The notes under the pieces are model-generated. The model was not told the origin of the DNA. It searched no databases and worked only from the letters and a program-made list of their open reading frames with translations. Positions 11,650-20,665 of a DNA stretch of 64,000 nucleotides are shown here, in pieces. The DNA comes from Antechinus flavipes (lineage: Eukaryota), in assembly GCF_016432865.1 (NCBI RefSeq), contig NC_067402.1:20832001-20896000 (forward strand), given 5' to 3'. The position numbers and the translations under genes are program-made. Every line of letters starts with the position of its first letter. Positions within the stretch are counted from its first letter, which is position 1.

Positions 11650-13125
11650 TCAACAAACACTTATTAAGTGCCTACTGTGTTGTTAGGCTTAGATGATAAG
11701 GATAAAAAAAAGGTGCCAAAGATGGTCCCTATCCCAGAGGAGCTCATGGTTGTAAGTGGGATGGGAAATAAAGCCTACAAACATATACAAATCAAACGAT
11801 ATATAGGATAAACTGTAATTAACTAGAAGAGGTTAGGGAAGACTTGCAGTAAAGTTGGGATGTTAGTGAGTGTGAGCAATGGATGGGCATTTACTTTCCA
11901 CAGATGTGAAAATTAAATTGGAGGAATGAAATTTAAATGAGAAAACTGAAATCCACAAGGACATCAGAGAATAATCAGCAATGGTTTGAGATTTGAACCG
12001 GAACCTTCTGGAATTGATCCTTCCTGGACTAGGATTACCTTCCCCCAAAAGAATGTAAGAATGTGGACTGGCTATATGATAAGGATGAGCAATTTTTCTT
12101 TTGGACAAAAGAAAGGATGGGAGAGTGGAGACGTGACCAATAGCAGGAGCTCAAAGAGCCAAAGGAATAACTGCTCTGGTCATATTTTGCTTAAAACTGG
12201 GTATAGTACATATCTTATGAAGGAGAATGGTAATCTGGAAAGAGTCCTGACCAATAAGGATCCTGAAGGAAGAAGTAGAACTAACTCAACCCCATAAAAA
12301 GGATTGATCTGGCCTCTGTGGGTGTGTTTCCATTCTACAGAATAAAGATATATCATTCTTACAAAAATGTCAAATAGCTCTTTCTGGCATTCAAAGTGAG
12401 TCAATGGAGTTTTTGATTCTTTTGTTTGTATTTTTTCTTCCAATAAGGTCACTGGTTGGAATCGATACGGTACTGTAACTCCTAAGGAGCATGTGGCAAT
12501 AATCCTAATGTCACCAGGTCTTAAGCCAAGGCCACCTGGCCTTGGGAGGGCCGCGTAGTTCCACACACAATGATGGCTGTCAGATAACAATCTGTTGGTC
12601 AGTAATAAAGTTTCTGAGACAATAACGAGGTGCATACCAGACCACTCCTCAACTCGACCTCTGAGCCACAGAATTCAATACAAAGACCACTCCTCGAGTC
12701 CATAAAATGAACAGAGCAGTGACATGAAGCACCCGATCTCTCTCTCTTTTTCCTATAAATTTATCTTCTCGTTCCTAGTTCTTTGCTAATTCTTTTAGAA
12801 CTTAACCCCCTTTAACTGGCATTACAATTATAATAAACTTTGCCCCTTGACTTGGAGATCGGTCTGAATTCTTTTGAGATACCTCGCAACACCAGCTTGG
12901 AACGCCAATTTTTGGGCGGTCTTCTTGAAGCCCAGCGGAACAATAGGGGGAGGATATCCAGAACTGGGATCCTGGAGGAGCCAGGAGGCCACTATCACTG
13001 GATCAAAGAGTAGAGAGATAATGGGGAATAAGGTATAAAAAGACTTGAAAAGTAGAATGAATTTTAGAGAGCATTTTGTATTTGTTCTTGGAGATCACAG
13101 GGAGCCACTTGAGTTACTAAGAGAG
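11650..13125 (-). mobile_element. L2 3' fragment, interrupted by an LTR
   Basis: aatcaacaaacacttattaagtgcctactgtg...ccctatcccagaggagctca and ggagccacttgag motifs are typical of L2 3' ends in reverse. Confidence 0.55.
11987..12951 (+). mobile_element. Solo LTR (~0.96 kb, marsupial ERV)
   Basis: Starts TGAGA and ends ...cggAACA. U5 aataaactttgccccttgacttggagat...gaattcttttgagatacctcgcaacaccag resembles marsupial LTRs. No TSD resolved. Confidence 0.65.
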
Positions 13126-13204
13126 TCATGTGTAGAATTTAGCCACTATAACCAAGTTAATTCGAGTGAATCCATGAGCTCCCATTAATCTTTCTCCCTT
13201 TTAA

Positions 13205-13610
13205 GAGCAGCTAGGTGGGACAGCCAATAGAGCACTAGGCCTAAAGTCAAGAAGACTCATTTTCTTGGTTTCAAATCTCCTCAGGGACTTATTCGTTGTG
13301 TCACTATGGCCTAGTCACTTCACCCTGATTGCCTCAATTCCCTCATCAAAAAAAATGAACTGGAGAAAAAAATGGCAAACCACTCCAATATTTTGTCTTT
13401 TTTTTTTTTTTAACTGAGGCAATTGGGGTTAAGTGACTTGCCCAGGGTCACACAGCTAGGAAGTGTTAAGTGTATGAGATCAAATTTGAAATCAGGTGCT
13501 CCTGACTTCAGGGCTGATGCTCTATCTACTGCCCCACCTAGCTGCCCCCGCTCCAATATTTTGTCCAGAAAATTCCAAATAGTACCACAAAGAGTTGGAC
13601 ACAATTGAAA
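13205..13610 (+). mobile_element. MAR1-like SINE inserted in the 5' LTR
   Basis: Head gagcagctaggtgggacag and tail aaatggcaaaccactccaatattttgtc...aagagttggacacaattgaa. Confidence 0.8.
13398..13550 (-). mobile_element. WSINE1-like SINE nested in MAR1
   Basis: Poly-T plus the reverse SINE body. Perfect 15-bp TSD ctccaatattttgtc at 13383-13397 and 13551-13565. Confidence 0.9.
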
Positions 13611-13803
13611 TCCCTCTTTTAGAAATGTGCACTTGTTATGAAATTCATCTTTAAAAACTGGGCTCAGTTTGAACCTGGTGCCCATTCACATTTAATGAGC
13701 TTTTGCCTCGGAAGTTACAATAAATTCCTTTAAACTTTCTCTTTCTGGGCTTGCTCCATTATTGAGAACAAGGCCTGAACAAAGATTTTCTTTTAACAAT
13801 TTC

Positions 13804-13822
13804 TGACAAGCTCAGCCAGGAG
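13804..13822 (+). other. Primer-binding site, tRNA-Arg(ACG)-like
   Basis: TGACAAGCTCAGCCAGGAG vs the tRNA-Arg complement TGGCGAGCCAGCCAGGAG (two G>A changes, one insertion), 5 nt after the LTR-terminal AACA. Confidence 0.75.
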
Positions 13823-16800
13823 CATCACTTTGCCGGGGGCAATCACTGGGGAATCTTACTCCAATTCACAGCCTGTACCATGTTTTGGGTTTGGGTTTTT
13901 TTACCCAATGGCTGGCAGGCGTGCACTTCTCCAGCATTCAGTCAGACATGATGAAGACTTAGGAGAATTTAACTCCCCAAGCTCAGGAAAGTAAAGAAGA
14001 AATGGGTCGGTCCAGATAGAAAGTTGTTCACACGATTACAGAAATTGTTAACACCAAATGTAATGTGGACTGCCATTCCCTTCAATGATCCTCATAAGGT
14101 GAGAATTTCCACAATGTCCTTATATTCCTATTCTTAAGATATTTACTCTTGATGACATTGAGCTGAACCACACCTAGGTCCTTGCATCCAGAGATGTTGC
14201 CTTGGAGAGCCCAGCTCAAACTGCATCTCCAGCTTCTAGTTCTTTGCCCCCTTCCATTGGGATCTATGGCACGAAGGGCAAAACAGTCAAAATAAAGTGA
14301 CTTCCCTTGCCAGCATTGCCAAGGGCCCCTGGGGCCCAAGCCTTGCAACCTCATATTGCCTCCTCCTACTCTTTAACACCTAACTGTATTTTTAAAAACC
14401 TCTTGCATGAAAAATCCACTGGACTTCCTCCAGGGTGGGAGTTTTTCTACCCTGTTATCTCAATTAAAAATGCTTTTCTCCTCAACTCATAGCTTTGATT
14501 TATTTCAGGATTTCCCCCAAACCCAAATTTTGGGTTTTTTCCTCATTTGTGCATGAAGAAGGGAAGAGGCTGGTAAGGAATTGTAGGCATGGAAGTGCAA
14601 GTATTCCAAAGGGGCAAAGGCAAGCCTCCGTAGATTTCCAGGTAGCCAAGATGTAAAAAATAAAAATAAAAGCAAAAAACAAACAAACAAACAAAAACAT
14701 AAAAAACACCAAAAACTTGGGATAGGAAAGATTCTGCCAATTATTTCCATGATGGAGCAATGAGGTTCAGTAAGGACTGGAAAAATTAGGGGGAAAATTA
14801 GTCAGGAATGTGGATATTAAAAATAAGACTTCAATAGCCTAACAAAAATGGGTTTTTTTTTTTTTAGCATTACTGAGGGGACTTTAGCACAGAAGTTGCC
14901 CTTATTTTCATACGACAAAGACCAGAATACCAAGGAAAAGACTTTGGAAAAGGGATTAAAGAATGGAAAGGAAGATTTAGAAATCCAAAAAGGGACTTGT
15001 GAGGAAACTCCAGCCAAATCCAAGGCGATAGATATTCACAATATTGGAAGCACAGAGATGAGTGGAAACTAGCAGTATCTTTTGGGAAAGCTGAAATAGA
15101 ATACAGTCACCTATATCATAATATGGTCAGGAAACTTAGAAGAATGGGGAGTGGGAGAAGACTAATAAAATTTAGAAATAGAACTATTTATTCCCACTGA
15201 CCACTAACCAAATACTCAGTAGGAGATGAGGAAATCTGTGAGATTGTTTCTTCTGTCTTAACAACCAGGTTGGAGAAGGCAAAGATAAAGATAGGTCCAA
15301 AAAAGGAAGGAAACAGTTTTCCTCCTGTTTTGTGGGAATCAATTGGTAATGGTTCAGCGGAATTAAATTGGTTAGGTAAATGAAAAGGTTTTCATCTAAA
15401 TCCATTGAAGGAGTATAACAAGAAAGGAAGAGAGAAAGTTTAAGCAAATAGGGATAGGAGGAAATAGGTAGAAAGCTGAAGTCAGTTTTGTACTGCCTGT
15501 GTGACTGAAGGTTTGAGGATAAGGGAGTTTGAAGAGAAGTTAGGAAAGGTTTGGCCCCATTGAGATAAGAAGGCTTTGAGAAAACTTAAAGAAATGCTTT
15601 TAGCAATTTCAGATGGCCACTGGTCTGTCAAGTTATAACTTTTACTAACTAAAAGCCGTGGACTTGCAGGTAGCTTTTAGCTTTTAGGGGGAAAATGTTT
15701 CTCTTTTGAGATTGTAAACCCAAATTTGACTTGAAGTTTTTGTCTTGAAACTAAATTATATGATCTTTTTTTTTTAAACAGTAAAATGTGTTACCCTATT
15801 AAGATATTTATGTTTAATTAGAATTTAATGCAAAATACATTTGATTTTTTGGCAGTAAAGAGACACCCTTGGAAATTACATAAATCAGAAAACCTGAGTT
15901 AAAAGCTAATCTCAGAGATTTGTTAACTATGATCTTCAAGTCATTTCACCTGTTTGCCTTCAGGTCTTCAAATATAAAATGGGATAATGTTGGCACATAT
16001 CTCCCAGAGATGTGGTGAGGATCACATGATATAGACAACACAGTAAGTAGCATATGCTAAACCAATAAAATATAAGTGTTAATTACTATTATTGTCTCTA
16101 ATTGAACATCATTATTCCATATTGTATTACTCTATACTGAGTTTTTAGATGTGATTAGCATAGAAGACCAATTACATTTTCTATATAAGATAATTAGAAA
16201 ATGCATTCAACTGAGTTGATGTCATCTGAATGGTAACAGGTTTTTTGTTTCAAGTTTTAAATACACGATATTGTGTTTCTGAAATGTTTCTTATATTGTG
16301 AAACCTGGGAAACCATTGTATCAGAAATGCTGTTACAAGAGAAACTTATTTTTGGAAGCAATTAGAGTATGAATTGAGCTATTAAAATAACGTGGTCAAA
16401 ATGTCTGAATATTGTTAAAATGTAATTGAATATATTTTACTTTAAAAATGGATAATACTGAAATAATTCTTGGGGGGGAGTAGCAAAGGTTATCTTTCTA
16501 AATTAATCCTTTTCTGTGAGGGTCCTTGGAATCTTCTATTTGGGTGGAGTCATAAGATCTCCACATGTTGTAAAATTCTCAAATCCCAAAGTTACATCTT
16601 TGAGCCAACTGGTAAAAATAGATCTTATAATCAAAGACTTCCTTTTGCTTTGGGTTAGCAAGCAGTACAAGACTGGGACTTGCTATGGTCAGCAGTTTTC
16701 TGAGGTTTGTCATCAACTATCATGTACTCAATGCGTGTGTGGAACTTCAGAATGTAGTTATTCTTATAGTATAAATGAAGAATAAATGAGATGTCCTTAT

Positions 16801-18531
16801 AGGGGCTCATTGTTAGCTGTTCTTGCAACATGAGAGGAAAAAAAAATGAGAATACCCTGAGCCTAAGCTATGATTAGTGTAAATTTGCTATTTGAGCTAA
16901 AATCATGTGGAATTGTAGTTTGATATTAAACCGAGTTTGATTTCAGGTATGATCATCCGAATTGCTCTTAAGCCAATAAATCCATCATTCATGGGGAATG
17001 TAATAAGATGCTCAAAAGTAGTTTGGCCTGAAAACTGGTACAAGTGGATGATCTTGTATAGACAAAGGTAGGAGCTACTTGACTCAATTTCCCACTGTAT
17101 TTTTTCCTTTCTTAACAGGAAATTTTCCTGTCTGGTTAATTCTATGTCTGACTATGATACCCTGTGAATAATATGGAACTTGGGACACAAAGAGCTATTA
17201 ATATTTCTCATGCCTGGAATTAAACAGAGCTAAGGGAAGATTTTTCCTGTTATGGCTTACATCAGCCTATGCCTTAGAAGGAATAGTCTTGATATTGTCA
17301 TAACTAGGTCCCTCTTTTTTTTTTCCTTTTATGGCAAATTTCCATTATCAGAGCAGGTGAACAGTGACAGTTTTATCATTGTAATACAAGATCTATTGAC
17401 TTGCATATCAATATTAAAACATCCGAGTTACTATTATAGGATGTAAGAATGAAAGATCTTACTTCTTTAATCTGAATTTCTGGTCAACACATCTGTATCT
17501 TCAAAAAAGGGATAAGATAAAGATACAAAAGTGTTTAAAAAACTTGGAAGAGCAAACTTTGAGAAAGCAACAAGATTAAGCTGTCTTTAATCTAAAGACT
17601 AAGAGATACACACACATATATAAATAAAGGCTTTCAAAATGTTTTAAAATGAGACATTGGTTTTGAATGTGTTTAGAAATTAGCTCTCAAAATATTTGGG
17701 TTAAGCTTTCATATGTAAAATTGCATTAATAATTGTAACAAATTTTAAAATCATGTCTCTCCTACCTCCTATTTTGAGGTATCAGTGTGATAACAATCAG
17801 AGACAAAAGTGCTCATTCTCCAACTCAGGATCTAGTGGGTTCCTTTCAAGAACAGAATTAGATCCATAAGATCTGAATTGGGTTTTACTATATGAACCAA
17901 GTACAATATGATTAGTTTTGAGCATAATTTACTAAATTATGCAAAGTCTTATTGCTAATAGGATTTAGTAGTCCTATTATTGATTATTTGGCAGTAAAGA
18001 GACACCCTTGGAAATTACATAGATCAGAAAAGATCTACTAAAAGATTAGTAGTTCTATTAGTAATAAGACTTTGCATAATTTAGCAAATTAACTGGAAAA
18101 TCTCAGCAAGTGATCTGAAATGTGGAGATGGTTAAGCAAATACCTTCACAGGCCTGCCCTGATCCATATGCAGTAATTTGGAAGATGCACAGGAAGTGTT
18201 TGCTGGATCCCTGAACATTATGGATGGTGCAAAATGACTTACTACCCTTAAAGTACACTGCTATATTGGGTTTCTTTATTCACGTGTTATAAATTTGTTT
18301 GTTATGTTAGCCACAGGTATATTATGGACTTGTCACCTTTTTTGTAAACTGTTTTTTGTTTCTGCTTACATTAATGTCATTGTAGGAATCGAGGTCTTTG
18401 CAATGAATGTTTGTCAAGTTAGATTTGTGCATGGTGTTTATGCATCCATGCAGGGGTCCTCTGTGCAATCCCTAGTTGCCTTTCTTGTCAAGAGTCTAAT
18501 TCTTCACTGAAAGAAACACTGATGATCTAGT

Positions 18532-18810
18532 CTGAACAAAATTTTGCAAGTATTTATTAATGAGACCATAGATGCAGTGGAATATCTAAAGCCTAAAGTC
18601 CATGCTCTTAGAGCTATAGCCTTACAAAATAGGTTAGTTTTTGGATTTCTTCCTGGCAGAGGAAGGAGGAGTGTGCTCTTGTAGTTCAAGAATGCAGCAT
18701 CTGGACAACTTTGGTGATGTCCATACCCAGATGGCCTTGGAATGCCTGGAAGGGAGCCCTGGTCCCCATAGGAATGGCTAACTTCTTGGCTGCCAGATCT
18801 TTCGGGATTA
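18532..18810 (+). pseudogene. ERV env transmembrane subunit remnant (heptad repeat, ISD, CX6CC, membrane-proximal WLTSWLP)
   Basis: LNKILQVFINETIDAVEYLKPKVHALRAIALQNRLV, then after a frameshift LDFFLAEEGGV, then CALVVQECS (18672-18698) and WLTSWLPDL (18775-18801). Confidence 0.85.
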
Positions 18811-19429
18811 AGTATCTGTTGTATATGTAGGTTCTCTTGCAGATTCTCAGAGGGACTGTGTACTATCTGTGCCTTCCTTGATTCCCAAACCAATTCCTAA
18901 ATTACAGCTACCAAGATTAGGATAAAGAAACCACATAAGTCTGATTCTGGTGCTGTAGCATAAGTACGGTTAGCACCAAATGGGGGAGTTATTGGGTAGA
19001 ATTTAGTTACTACCATTAAGCTAAGTGAATTCATGATTGCTCACCTCCCTTTTTGCCAGTCTCATGAGGAGTGACCCAAATATGTGCCAATGTGAAGGTA
19101 GGGCAGTCACAGTAGGTACCAACCAGAGTACAAGAAAGGGCAAATGCATTTTAACCTTCTTTTTAGAAATTGGTATCTCCCTAGATTAGAAAAGGGTGTC
19201 CCAGAAAACACCAGTCCATTTGCTTTTTGAAATAGGCACCTTGAGGACTGTCTTCTCTTACTGAGAAACTGGTCTTTAAAAATAGTACTTGGTTTGAACT
19301 TGGCGGCAGGTTCCGTTCAATGTGCTTTTGCCTTAGATGCTACAATAAATTCTTTTAAATTGTCTCTTTCTGAGTTTGTTTCATTATTAAGGGCAAGTGC
19401 TAAAGATTTTCTTTTAATAGGATCTATAT

Positions 19430-19720
19430 CAATAATACACATTTATTTACCACGTACCAGGAATTGTGGTAGGTTCTAGGGGTACAAAAAGTGGCAAACA
19501 ACAGTCCCTGCCCTCAAAGGGATTACAATTTAACAGAGGAGATAATATGTAAACTAATATATCCAAAGCAAAGCAATAGAATTCAGAGGAAACAGGAAAG
19601 GCTTTTGGTATAAATTGGGATTTTGGCTGGGACTTGAAGGAAACCAGGAAATGGGTAGAAGGGAGAGCTTTCCAGAAATGGGGGCTCCCCTTCGCACATT
19701 CTCCATTCCAGCCAAATTGG
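19430..19720 (-). mobile_element. L2 3' fragment
   Basis: acagtccctgccctcaaagggattacaatttaacagaggagataa...ttttggctgggacttgaagga. Confidence 0.55.
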
Positions 19721-20379
19721 GCTGATTTGTGTTTCCACGAATCATATCCTATTTCTCTGTTGAAACCCTGTATCTCCCTATTAGAACATAAGTTTCATGA
19801 TGGCAGACTGTTGTCAAGAGTATTAGAGTGGATATCTACTATATTTGAAATAAGAAAGATCCGAGTTCAAATCCCACTAGCCTGTGATTTTACTAGAGCT
19901 TTTTAACCTCTTTAAAATTCAATTTCTTCATTCATAAAACTTGAGGTGAATGGTGTCTAATGTTCCTTCCAGTTTGAAATTCATGGTCCTCTGATCTCTA
20001 CAACTATAACCTCAGAGCCTTGCACAGAGTGGAGTCTTAATAAAGTCAACTCAATAGGGAAAATTGTAAAGTTGTCCTCAGAAATAGGAGAGCCATGAAG
20101 GGACTCTGGATCATCCAAATTCAAAGCAGGTTAAATATTTTGTCATTGGAGAAAATCTGAGAGTCAACTGTGCTAATCAAGCTTCTCTCACAAGGATAAC
20201 TCTGGCTCAGGGTAGTGTCTGCCAGAAGCACTTAGCAAGCGAGAGGGGAATACCCAGGATCTAGAAACCAGAGCTGTGTGGAGTCCAAGTGGGGTAAGCC
20301 CAGCTGCTGGATGAGAGTCAGAGTTGCATGGAGCCTGAGGGAAAGTTGCCAGAGAGTGAGTAATGAGAGAGTTAAAGTC

Positions 20380-20665
20380 ACTAGGCTAATATGGAAAGAG
20401 AGAGAAAGACAGACACAGATGGGGAGGGAGGAGAGAGAGGAGGAGAAAGAAAGACAAACAGAGACAGAAAGAAACACACGGAGACACGGACAGAGCCAGA
20501 GCCAGATAGGGTAGGAGGAGGGGGAAAAAAAAGGGAGGGAAGTGGAGGGAAAAAAAGACAGAGACAGACAGAGATAGAAGGAGTGGGAGGGGAGAGAGAG
20601 GGATAAGAGGAGAAAGACAGAAAATGGAGACAAAAAGAGGAGGAAGAAAGAAAGAGGAAAAGGGA
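20380..20665. repeat. Polypurine (GA/GACA-rich) low-complexity tract
   Basis: Nearly pure purines on the + strand; it generates the spurious overlapping ORFs at 20232-20848. Confidence 0.9.

Larger units (their letters stand above)
13126..19419 (+). mobile_element. Degenerate class-I (gamma-like) ERV provirus: LTR-PBS(Arg)-gag/pol remnants-env TM-PPT-LTR
   Basis: Homologous LTRs at 13126-13798 (split by SINEs) and 18990-19419; the U5 segment is 60/75 identical by hand alignment. PBS 13804-13822, PPT 18978-18988, env ISD 18622-18676. Confidence 0.9.

Noticed and set aside
12180-12635. 151-aa minus-strand ORF
   Set aside because: It lies antisense within a solo LTR with no recognisable Gag/Env motif and is probably a chance ORF. 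A BLASTp hit or conservation across LTR copies would reopen it.
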